A stretch of 62,941 nucleotides of DNA, counting the filler, from Chiloscyllium plagiosum (lineage: Eukaryota): the NCBI RefSeq assembly GCF_004010195.1. It is 3 parts of one record of this genome, joined end to end, with 100 filler letters (N's around TTAATTAATTAA, not from the genome) between each part and the next. Parts side by side here need not be neighbours in the genome. Positions count along the whole stretch, not along the records: positions 38,224 to 62,941 come from NC_057717.1; 2 more parts are not named here. One strand, written 5' to 3'. The position numbers were made by a program, and so were the translations under genes. The number at the start of each line of letters is the position of its first letter. The first letter of the stretch is position 1. Under the pieces are notes generated by a model. The model searched no databases. It was given only the letters and a program-made list of their open reading frames with translations, and had not been told where the DNA came from. This document shows positions 48,710-60,464 of this stretch, piece after piece.

Positions 48710-49900
48710 CCGTAGGGAGGGTTACAGATGAGGGTGGCATGTACTGGATAGGGTACAAGAGCTGGAGATGATTAGATGGATGGAGATACTAGAGGAGCTT
48801 ACATTGACAGGGTGGGTGATAGTGACGGGAGAATGTTACACAGACAGTGAGTCTTGCAGGAACTGGATTGGGAGAGTCACAGGCATTGGATTGGGTTCTA
48901 CAGATCGGGAGTAATGCAGGGACCTGTTGGATTACACAGATAGGGAGGATTGTGGGGTCTCCACATGTTGAGAGGTTTTCAGAAAGAGGTTACACCAATA
49001 AGGAGGGATGTTGGAGCTGTTGTAGTTTACAGAGTTTTGGATGTTTGGAGCTGTTTAATTTGTTAGAGGGATATTTTTAGGGTCATTAATATGGAATGCA
49101 GATGGAGAGTTTAGATTTTATTAGATTCCCTACAATATGGACATGGCACTTTGGCCCAACACATCCACACCAACTCTCCAAAGAGTAATCCACCCAGACC
49201 CACTTCCCTCTGAATGATGTACCTAACGCTCGGTCAGTTTAGAATGGCAATCTATCTGACCTGCACATCTTTGGACTGTGGGAGGAAACCCATGAAGACA
49301 CAGAGACAATGAGCCAACTCCATACAGACAGTCACACGAGGCTGGAATTGAACCTGCGTCTCTGGCGCTATGAGACAGCAGTACTCACCACTGAACCACC
49401 CCAAACTGCAGAGCTACACAAAGAGAGAGTATTTGAGGGGCAGGGAGGAGCACACAGAGATGGGAAGTGTTGTTGCAGCTGGAACAGGGTCTGGAGGTGT
49501 TTACACAGATAAGGAGTCCGGACAGGATGGGAGATGGTTACAGAGGTCATGTGGTGTTATAGGCCAGGAGGCAGGAATGGGATCTGGCCTGCAGAAGGTT
49601 ACAGTGATATCATGTTCTCTTGGGGCTTGGGGAAAGTACACAGGTGGGTAGTTTAGTTCAGGCTGTAGGATTTTACAGAGACAGGGTGGACTGTAGTTAT
49701 TGTGGAAAACTACAGAAATAGAGATTATTGTACTGAGTGCAGGATGAGGTTACTGACATTGGGCATGTTACCGAGTTTGGAGCAAATTACACATAGGGAG
49801 AGTCGTCAGCATTGGAGTAGGTTTCAAATAAATAGCAGAATTATGGGAGGGGTGGAGGTTACAGAAATAGGAACTTTTCTGGGAATTACAAGCATTCAAA
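48710..49900 (+). repeat. Degenerate GA-rich satellite-like tract
   Basis: Recurrent GGAGGTTACAGAGATAGGGAGG-like units. Confidence 0.7.
49110..49405 (-). mobile_element. HE1-type V-SINE (older copy)
   Basis: GGTGGTTCAGTGGTGAGTACTG head, B box, V domain, AATCT tail. Confidence 0.85.
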
Positions 49901-52039
49901 ACACTGGCACAGATGCGTTGGACCGAAAGGTATGTCTCCTTGTAGTATGACTCTATCACACGACAAGAGACAGTGTGAGAGGGGGAATATAGAACAGAAA
50001 GACCCCATGTTTTAATACCACCTTCTTAAGGGAGGCCTGCTTTCCCCTCTGTTGTCCTGATCCTCACTAAGACAGCACAGGCCTGGATTGATAACTGTCA
50101 ACTTCCTATATTGACATAGGAAGGATCAGTACAGCAGAGATAAAAGTAAACAAGAGAGTGTGGATTGAGTCTGGGCCCATCATGCTCTATATTCACCCTT
50201 CAACACTATATCTGTGTCATGTCTTCCGGACTAAACTTTGATCCCTTAAATTCGCTCTGCTCTGTTCACTGTGAGTGATCTTACCTGGCTGCAGGGTTTA
50301 TTGAAGAATCCAGAGCTCCCTGCCCTCTGGCTGACCAATTGCGTTCAATGAGATGATGAATGAAACACCCAGCAATTGGGAGGTTTATTGAGTCAGGAAC
50401 ATCCTAAGTACCTACAGGAGGCAGAGAAATAGACAGAATGGAAAATTAGACTGATGCAGTGAGGGTTGCACAGGGAGAATGGCGCTGAGTACCACAGAGA
50501 TCTGGAAAATCCCAGTATCCATCCCTGGTCTGTGCTGCTGCGTCTCCCTGGAGTGGAGAGTTCTGTTGGCTCAGGATCTGGAGTAACTACAAAAGCTGCA
50601 GTCACTGGCAGCAATTAGACTCTCACAGTGACAGATACCACATGGAGTGAAACTGAGTGATAGCATCAAATTGCAGGAAGGTATCAGGATCAAACCACGG
50701 TCAAGAAGAAGGGTTTTGATTCATGGTGCACTGGGATCAGTACTCAGGGATGAGGGAGCTATCAGTGGGACAGGCGATGGGTTAGTGTTACTCTCACTAG
50801 ACTGTTCATCCAGAATATAATGCCAGTGGCAGGGATACCCATCTGAATGCTTAATATCCTTTCCGGAACGAAATCTACGATAGGCAGCTGGTCTGACCTA
50901 CATATGACTCCAGACCCAGAGCAACGGGGTTGACTCTAAACTGCCTTCTCTAATAGTCTCACAAGGCACTAGGCTCAATAGCAGCTCGGGGGTGGGCATG
51001 AAATGCTGGCCAGCCAGAAACAGCAACATCCCATGGAGTGAATTAAAAACAACACTGTTGGGACCAGTGTCCTGGCAAATTATGTCGGTGGGTTTATGGA
51101 CAGGGCTTTAATTGATAGAGAGGATGCAGGGACAGGGTTCAGGTGAAAGGAGCTTGCCAAATCCAAACAGAAAAGGTGACACATTGGAACAGCATGGAAT
51201 GTGGCTGAAGAGAAGCAGGAGGGAACTGGATGGGACAGAGTTTAACTAAAACTATACATCAGTGAATTAAGCTGTGACAGGACATTCTAGGAAAAAGTCA
51301 ATTACAATGTTCTTTCTTTGGAATGGACAAAGTATCTGCAATAAGGTAATAGACTTATGACACAGAGATAAATAAGATTTAGTCACCAGGAAGATGTGGT
51401 TAGAGGAGGAGCAAAAGGCAGAACATAAATATTCAATTGTACCCATCCTTGAGGGGTCTCGGAGTGCAGGATGGGTAACCCTGACAGTAATGGGTAACAA
51501 AGGCATTACAGAGAAAACATTTGGCATCAGATGATGCAGCTGAATCAGCCTGACTGCAGGTTCTGGGTAACACGTGTCAAAAACACAAGCAGGAGAACAG
51601 TTTTTAGGCTGCCTGACAGTATTTCATTGCTCAACCCTGTTACACTTTCCAATGAATTCCTGTGTAATGCAAAGGCACTGTGATCATTTTGGGAGACTTC
51701 AATCTTTGTCAAAAATGATATTCTCCAAACTCCTCTTCAAATGTTTGTGTCAGTGTTTCTTTGAAAAACACATTGTGTAAATGGCCAGGGACGTGACTAT
51801 CTCAGATCGATCGTTGGGTGAAGAAGCTGAGTGAAGGAGTAATGTAACACTGAGAAATCCTCTGGGAAATTGTAGTGTAGTGGAATTCTGTGAGATGATG
51901 GATTTTTAAAGTGGCCATAAAGCACACCTTACACTCACACCCAAAGCCATTTACAAGTGTTTGAGAGGAGAATTGACCAAGGTAAACAGGGGAAACAGTG
52001 AAGTGTGTGGCTGGAAAAGGACAGTGCAAAAAGTTTAGT

Positions 52040-53140
52040 CATTGAGATGTACAGCACGGAAACAGACTATTCAGTCCATCTCGTTCACGCTGCCCACATA
52101 CGCTAACATAATTTTGTCTCTTTTGCCAGCACTTGGCCCAAATCCCCCTCAACCCTTCCTGTTCGTGTACCCATCCAGATGCCTTTTAGATGCAGTAATT
52201 GTACCAGCCTCCACCACTTCCTCTAGCAGTTCATTGCATTCACTCATCACCCTCTGCCTGAAAAAGTTGCCCCTTAGGTTCCTTTTATATATTTCCCTTC
52301 TCACCCTAAACCTAGGCCGTCCGTTTCTGGACTCCACGACCTCAGGGAAAAGACCTTGTCTGTTAAACCTATCCATTCCTCTCATGATTGTATAAATCTC
52401 TATATGGTCACCCCTCAGCCTCAAGTAGCCCCAGCCCATTCAACCTCTCCCTTCAGCTCAAATCTTCCAATACTGGCAACATCCTTGCAAATCTTTTTCT
52501 GAAACCTTGCAATTTATGCATCATTGTTCCGATAGGGAGGAGACAAGAACTGCATGCAATATTCCAAAAGTGGCTTATACAATGTCCTGTACAGCCACAA
52601 CCAGCCGAATCAACCTCTCCCTTTAGCTCAAATCTTCCAATCCTGGCAACATCCTTGCAAATCTTTTTCTGAAACCTTGCAATTTATACATCATTGTTCC
52701 GATAGGGAGGAGACAAGAACTGCATGCAATATTCCAAAAGTGGCTTATCCAATGTCCTGTACAGCCACAACATGACCTCCTAACTCCTCTACTCAGTGCT
52801 CTGATCAGTAAACGCAAGCAGAATAAACACCTTCTTCACTGTCCTATTTACCTGGGATTATTACTTTCAAGGAACTATGAACCTGGACTCCAAGGTCTCT
52901 TTGTTCAGAAACACTCCCTGGGACCTTACCACTCAGTGCACCAAGATCCTTCTGGATATCAATGTCCCTCAGTATCCTCACTTTCTTCTTGAATTTGACT
53001 TGACCTCAGACTTGTACAGATTAAACTTAATTTGCCATTTCTTTGCACATCTTTCCAACTGATCAGTAACCTCCTGCAACCTTGGATCTCCTTGCTCATT
53101 CACCCCAACTCCACCAATTTTCATATCATCTGCAATAATT
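52040..53140 (-). mobile_element. CR1/HER1 LINE 3' part with an internal 170-bp tandem duplication
   Basis: RLRGDHIEIYTIMRG and IADDMKIGG; duplicated units start at 52440 and 52610. Confidence 0.9.
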
Positions 53141-55100
53141 ACCTTTGTGACTTCCTTTCGTTTCAATTGTGTGAGAATGTGTAACCTGACGGCAGAAAAT
53201 CCCAGCAAAGGCTCACCCATTTAAGATGGAGGTGAGGAGGAATGTCTTCACTCAGAGGGTAGGGAATCTGTGGGAATTCCTGACTGCAGGGGGCTGTCGA
53301 GGCTGGGTCATTAAGAATATTGACAGCAGAAATAGTCAGATGTTAATGGATCAGGGAAACAAGGGTTTTGTGGAAAAGGCAGGAATGTAGAGTTGGAGAG
53401 TATCAGGTCAGTCATGATCTGATTGAAGGGCAGAGCATCCTCAATGGGCCAAATGGCCTCATTCTGCTCCGACATCTGATGGTCCTAACTCAAACTCAAT
53501 ATCTGCATTATAACACTATGGGTCATTCCTCACAAAACTCCTCTAAAATGGGACTACTGGATATTTATTATTACACAACATTTGAACTCCAATGGACAAT
53601 TTTGTTGCTGGCTCCTTGATATGATGTTATAGAAAACCATCTCGTATACAATCCAGGATTCCATCCATTACAGCCCTGATCCTCATTAGTTATCCAGTCG
53701 GGATGGAGACCACTGTCACACACAGTTACTGTACTGTCCTTGCTACAAGTACATTCAGTGTCCTGACTGTAACCATATTAACATTCCCATCACTGGTTGA
53801 TTCCTTTAAAAGAATTCCAGCCAATGATTGCTGCAGCTGCTTGTTCATTCCCAGCTCCATCCAAATAGACTCCAAATTTTGATCTTCAGTTCCACGTGGC
53901 TATCTCATTAATGCATTAACCTCATCCTTTCTTTACAACTTGTTGGATTTTTGCCTATCCTGCCAAGATCCCAACAACCCTTGAATAGTCCCTTCCCAGC
54001 GATGGTCATTCTGCAGCTACATCTCCAGAATGTCAGTGAACAGATATGCTGGAACCGTCATTCCATCTGCCTTATGGCGAATGCAGGGTGTCATTCCTCA
54101 GTAGTGGGGGGTTGAATAGATGGATAGAAGTTACAGAGATAGGGAGGCTTACAGGCACTCGAGGATTTTCGAGCTAAATCTGGGCAATAATGTTCATGGG
54201 ACAAAGGGGATTGCGGATTGGAGGAATTTACAGAGGTAGAGGGAGCTGGATTAGATTCTGGAGATAGGGATAGGGATGGATATAGGGAGAGGCAGGCAGA
54301 CTGAGAGGCACAGACAGGGAGTGTTTCAGTAGGAGATTATCGTGTATATTGACAGAGATATGGAAGGTTGTCGTGACTGCAGATGTTTACAGATATAAGA
54401 AGGCTTCTAGGTTCTGGAGGCTGCATAGATAGGAAGGCAATGGAGAATGCCAGGTTACTGGGCTGGAGACAGTTACACAAATGGGGAGGGTTGCACAAAA
54501 TGAAAGAGGTTCCTGTGGTCGGGAGGGTTGGTGGGGAGAGGGTGAAGTTTAAATAGATTAAGATCGAAGATTAGGAGAACAATAAGGAGGTTACGATTTT
54601 TTTCACAGGTAAGGAAGGGTTGTAAGAGCTGGAGAAGTTTACCCAGATAGGGATGGATGGAGAGGTTAGAGATAAGACACATTTACATGGAGCGTGACAT
54701 TGGTAGGAGGAGCTTACAGGGATATACAGGGCTCGGCAATTACAGGGATGAAGGAATTTAGTATCTACTGGAGAAGTTTAGGGATTGGAGAACCTGACAG
54801 AGACAGACAGCATTGTGTGTACTAGAGGAGATTCCAAATAGAGGAAGGATTATCGGGACTGTAGTATATTACAGAGATCACTAATAGAGTATGTGCCAAG
54901 ACTGATGCCTGGGACCTCCTGTGCAGTCTCAGGGAGTTCCAGTACAGCAGAGGTGTCAGCAGGGCCCTCATAAGATGGTGGGAATGAAGCCGAGAATGTT
55001 GCTGTGCCTTGCCCAGCTCTGTATCTATGTCCTGTGTTCCAGGTCTGAATAAAGAAGGCCACTAACTCCACCCTGTGCTGTTTACTATGATTGATCTTAC

Positions 55101-55212
55101 CAGCTGCAGGATTTACTGAAGGCTCCAGATCTCCCTCTCCATCTCTCTCTGGCTGACCAAGCGTCTTCAATGTGGTGATGGATGAGACAGGAGTTAGAAA
55201 CGTCCTGATTAC
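55101..55212 (-). other. Orphan 112-nt exon-like cassette (paralogues at 62134-62245 + and 50285-50411 -)
   Basis: Pyrimidine tract + TCATGCAG| acceptor and CTG|GTAAGA donor; both splice sites are retained in all three copies. Confidence 0.55.
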
Positions 55213-56739
55213 CTGCATGAGACATAAATAGACAGAATGGGAAATTAGACTGATGCAGTGAGGATAACTCATGTAGAGTAGCACTGAGTCCAGCAGAGAT
55301 AACAAAAATCCCAGTCTCCATCCCTGATCTGTACTGTTGCGGATCAGAGGATTATTTTGGCTCAAGATCCGGAGTAGCTGTAAGAGTGAGAGACGCTGAC
55401 AGAAGCAGCAATTAGACCCACACAGTGAGGGATGCCAAATGGAGAGAGACTGAGTGATATCACCAGAGTGCTGGAAGATTCCAGGATCAAACCATAGTGT
55501 CAGAAGAAGTGGGTCTGATGCAGTGGGCACTGCTACCAGTACTCAGGGAGGAGTCAACTATTTTATTGTGATGGTACAGTGCTGGGATCAGTGTGTGTCC
55601 TGGTCAATCATATGACCAGGACAATGTAGACTGCTTTAAACTGACACAGACAAGGAGGGACAGGGCTCAGCTGAAAGGAAATTCCCAATTCCATAGAGAA
55701 ATGTTCAAATATTGAAACATGGAGCTGTGGCTGAGGAAAAACAGGAAGAGACAGGAAGAGACTCACATACAGATAAGAAGATTCACACGGGAAGGTGTGT
55801 AATAAGATTCACACGGGACAAAGCGACACCTTCCATTTTCGGTTAGATTCACACATGTATTGGGACACAATTTTAACCCTTTCACCACACTGTAAGAGTG
55901 AGAGACGCTGACAGATGCAGCAATTAGACCCACACAGTGACGGATGCCAAATGGAGAGAGACTGAGTGATATCACCAGAGTGCTGGAAGATTCCAAGATC
56001 AAACCATAGTGTCAGAAGAAGTGGGTCTGATGCAGTGGGCACTGCTACCAGTACTCAGGGAGGAGTCAGCTATTTTATTGAGATGGTACAGTGCTGGGAC
56101 CAGTGTCCTGGTCAATCATATGACCAGGACAATTGGAGTGGTTTAAACTGACACAGACAAGGAGGGATAGGGCTCAACTGAAAGGAAATTCCCAATTCCA
56201 TAGAGAAATGTTCAAATATTGAAACATGGGGCTGAGGCTGAGGAAAAACAGGAAGAAACAGGAAGAGACTAAGTTTAACTAAAACTATACATCAGCAGAT
56301 AGGTTTGTGACAGGAATTTGTGATTTAAAAGTAAATTACTATTTCGTAATTTGAATGCATGAAGCATTTTTAATAAGAGATATGCTGGTGTGACTGTGAT
56401 TTCTATCTAATCACCATCAGGGAGACGTGGTGAACAAAAGGTGGGGCATTAATATTCACGGCTACACAACATTGTGGAAAGTCAGGCAGAGTGAGAAGGA
56501 GAATGGGGAAATCTCATTGTTAGGGATAACAATGGGATGAGATGTGGCATCAGATTATCAATCATTAGGAAACCAAATTCTGGGTAATAAGAGTCAGAAC
56601 ACAAAAGGTGAAGGGCAGTGTTAAGGCCCCTTTACAGCATTACATTGTGAGGCATGGCATTGGACAGGGAATTATTTGAATTTATAACAAAGACAGTAGG
56701 ACAACTGAAAGGGGTTTCAACTTCCCTATTTCACCATCT

Positions 56740-57050
56740 CATTGGCGGTGGGTCACAAACCAGGCTGACTCTCTCCCACTCTCAGGGGAGTCTGTGGGTG
56801 GCTGTACAGACCGATGTGGCCTTCCACACTTGGGGCAGAAGGTGGCCGTGGGATGGGGATGGGTGGGACGTTGGTGTGACAGCGCGCCCCTTGTGCTGTT
56901 TTCTTCTGGATTCCCCTTTTTCCCCACATCAAGTGTCCAGCTGCTCGACGCTGTCCCAATGCTCCTCCCCCACTTTGGACAGTCTTGGCTCAGTAATTCC
57001 CAGGATTTACCAGACTTCATTAAGCGATGCGCAGAAGACAAAAAAACCTA
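56740..57050 (-). mobile_element. RTE-clade LINE 3' end (copy also at ~60830-61110 +)
   Basis: Frameshifted FCPKCGR..HIGLYSH C-terminal zinc-knuckle motif typical of RTE ORFs. Confidence 0.7.
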
Positions 57051-57539
57051 ACGATTCTGAAGAAGCCAATGCTTTAGAAATATGGAAGTATTTGTTAAAG
57101 GGATGGCTATCGGTCTACTAGCAGGAGGAGTGCAGTAGGAAGGGGAAACATTGTCAGGGTTTAACCAGATGATAGGAACAGGGAGAGGTGAAGGTGCTGG
57201 AGGTGGTGAGAGTGTTACAGAGAGGGACAAGGGCCTGAACGGTGTTACAAAGCCAGTATGGATTGCTGCGCTGGAGGGGATTGCAGTGGGAGGGAGGGAC
57301 ATGTATTTTTTATGTATTCATTCATTCGATAAGGATGTTACTGATTGAGTCAGCATTCTTTGCCCCACAGCTAATTTCCCAGAGGGCAGCTCAGATTCAG
57401 CCATATTGCTACGGGTCTGAGTCACAAGTGAGCCATGGTGTCAGATGTCAGGCAACAATGTCAGATGTCCTTCCCTAAAGGACAGACGTGAACCAGTTAA
57501 GTTTTTCCAGGTAATCAATATTATTTTTATGGTGGCCTC

Positions 57540-58600
57540 ACTAATGTCCTGTACAGATATAACATGACATGGTATCCCAACTCCTAATCTCATGCACTGA
57601 CCAATGAAGGTAAGCATCACAAACATCTGCTTCACCAACCTGTCTACCTGTGACACCACTTTCAAAGAACCTTTTACCTGCATCCCTGGGTCTCTGACTG
57701 TACAAGTCCAGCTCTGGTGCAACATTGTGTATTTCTCCACTTACTATTCCTAAACCCACTGGCCCACTCTCAGATAATCCTCTTCACTGTCCACTTTACC
57801 ACCACTTCCAGTCTCACTCACAAACTTGCTAACCATGTATTATCATCCAAACTGTTCATATAAAAGATGCACAACAGTGACCCAGCACCGAACCCCATGA
57901 CACACCGTTGGTCACAGGTCTTCAGTTTGAGCAGCAACTCTCTATGAGCATGCTCTGTCTCTTACCGTCAATCAATTTTGTTTCCAGTTGGTGAATGATC
58001 CCTGGTTATGTGTGATCTAAACTTATTAACCAGTCTGCCATGCAGAACCTTGTCAAAGGCCTTGCTAAAGTTAACGTGGACATCGTCCACTGCTCTGCCT
58101 TGATCTATCACTTTTCTACCTCCACAAGCACTCAATCCAGTTTCTGAGACATGGTTTCCCGTACACAAGGTCATGCTGACCATCGCTGATCTATCCTTGC
58201 CTTTCCAAATGCATGATGATCCTTTCTCTCAGAATCTCCTCCAACAACTTACCCCCCGCTTCCATCAGTTTCACTGGTCTGTAGTGGCTGTTGATGATAC
58301 AAATATTTCTGTGAGGTGTCCTGTAAATTCCTCCCGAGCTTCTCACGGAGCGCTGGGATACATCTGATCATGTCCCAAGGTTTTATCAACCTTTTTTCAT
58401 TTTAAACCATCCTGCTATCCAATGTGAACTCTGTTCAATACATCACTATTTATTTTCCCAAGTTCCCGAGCTTCCATGTCTTTCTCCAAAGCAAATCAAA
58501 ATGCAAAATATTTGTTCAGTATCTCCCCTATCAGCAGTGATTCCACACAGACAGCCTCATTGACCTTTCAGGGTCCCTATTCTCTCCCAAGCTAATATTT
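57540..58600 (-). mobile_element. CR1 LINE RT fragment
   Basis: AVDDVHVNFSKAFDKVLHGRL; RDPGMQV..LKVVSQVD. Confidence 0.85.
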
Positions 58601-58759
58601 AGCCTCTGTTGAAAATTATCAAAATTTCAAATATACTTCGACCGCTACTAGCCTCCACCACCCTTACCTATTCTGCCTATTATGGTCACACCAAAATATA
58701 GAATCCAACAGATTTTTTTTAAATTCCCCTTTTATATAACTACGCATCGCTCATTGCAC

Positions 58760-59964
58760 AGACTGGGAGTGTTGTACGCAGTGGAAGAGATCACACTGAT
58801 AGGGATGGTTTTAAAGACGAAGCAATGTTGAGTAATAATGGAGGTTGCAATGGTGACAGCAGGTTTCAGCAAGTTGTAGGATATAGACCTGAAGGAGGTT
58901 ACACAGACAGCATGGCTTTAGGGTCTGATGGGGGCTACACAGTAAAGAGGCTGTAGTAACTAGAGGCATTTACACAGACAGGGACAGTAATAGTGATAAG
59001 CAGAATTCACAAAAACGGGGAGGATTGTAGGGTCTGCAGGGCACTACAGACATGAGACGAGTTGTATCAACTTGATGATGAACACAGGCAGGGAGGGTTG
59101 AGAGGTTTGGAGCAGTTCACCATGATCGGCAGGGGCAAGGAGACTGGAGGTGTTATTGAATTGCAGAAGTTTCAAATCACTGTAGGCAGTCAGAGATCAT
59201 GATGGAGTGACAATGTCTGCTGGAGTTTCCTCAGATCTGGAGGATTGCAAGGACTTGATGATGTTGTAAATGGAAGTAGGGTTGTCAGGACTGAAGCTGG
59301 GAACAGAGATAGAGGGGTCAGCAGGGGATTAAAAATATGGTGGGTAGTGGTCTCTGGTGGAAGTTCCACATAGAGGGATGTTTTGTGGAACTGCAGGACA
59401 ATGCAGAGATGTGGAGAGGTGGATGGGTTTCACTGAGCAAAGAAGATTGGGAAGGGTGGAGCACTTTACCGGGATAAGGAGGTTGTTAGGTTGGGGAGGT
59501 TTACACAGACAGGGGTTGTTTAGGGACCGGAGCAGATGACATAGGTAAAGACGGTTGTACGGTGGGCAGAACATACAGACTTATGGAGGATAGTCGTGAC
59601 AGTAGATGTTTATTGATACAGGAAGGTTTAGGTTGTGAAGGTTATTTAGACATGGAGGATGTGGAATCAGACAGATTTTCCAGGGGATAATAAGGGCAAT
59701 TTTGGTTGGAGACAGTTTCACAGATAAGGGAACATTACTAATCTCTTACAGTTGGTCAAAGTTGGAAGTGTTGTTAGGGGACGGTGATTTTTACGTAGAT
59801 AGGGGTGTAAGAGCTGGAGAAGGTTATAGAGATGGGTGGATAGATAGAGAGACTGGAGGAGCTTGTATTGACAGGGTGTGTGCTGGCGACGGTTGGATGT
59901 CACACAGATAGGGAATCTTACAGGAGCTGGATTGGGAGAGTCACAGGCATTGGAGCGGGTTCTA
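58760..59964 (+). repeat. Degenerate GA-rich satellite-like tract; its 3' end is paralogous to 48745-48900
   Basis: Shared CTGGATTGGGAGAGTCACAGGCATTGGA..GGGTTCTA. Confidence 0.7.
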
Positions 59965-60464
59965 NNNNNNNNNNNNNNNNNNNNNNNNNNNNNNNNNNNN
60001 NNNNNNNNNNNNNNNNNNNNNNNNNNNNNNNNNNNNNNNNNNNNNNNNNNNNNNNNNNNNNNNNNNNNNNNNNNNNNNNNNNNNNNNNNNNNNNNNNNNN
60101 NNNNNNNNNNNNNNNNNNNNNNNNNNNNNNNNNNNNNNNNNNNNNNNNNNNNNNNNNNNNNNNNNNNNNNNNNNNNNNNNNNNNNNNNNNNNNNNNNNNN
60201 NNNNNNNNNNNNNNNNNNNNNNNNNNNNNNNNNNNNNNNNNNNNNNNNNNNNNNNNNNNNNNNNNNNNNNNNNNNNNNNNNNNNNNNNNNNNNNNNNNNN
60301 NNNNNNNNNNNNNNNNNNNNNNNNNNNNNNNNNNNNNNNNNNNNNNNNNNNNNNNNNNNNNNNNNNNNNNNNNNNNNNNNNNNNNNNNNNNNNNNNNNNN
60401 NNNNNNNNNNNNNNNNNNNNNNNNNNNNNNNNNNNNNNNNNNNNNNNNNNNNNNNNNNNNNNNN

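Larger units (their letters stand above)
54420..57391. repeat. Left arm of a large inverted segmental duplication
   Basis: Reverse complement of 60465-62941; mirrored ORFs (54473-54682 vs 62679-62888; 55097-55321 vs 62025-62249). Confidence 0.95.

Noticed and set aside
51859..51876. ACTACAATTTCCCAGA (minus strand) resembling a ZNF143/SBS promoter motif
   Set aside because: One base too long for the ACTAYRNNNCCCR spacing, with no CpG island or other promoter evidence.
54850..55530. 226-aa minus-strand ORF
   Set aside because: Crosses antisense CR1 relic, splice sites and satellite; the paralogous arm has an in-frame stop and indels.
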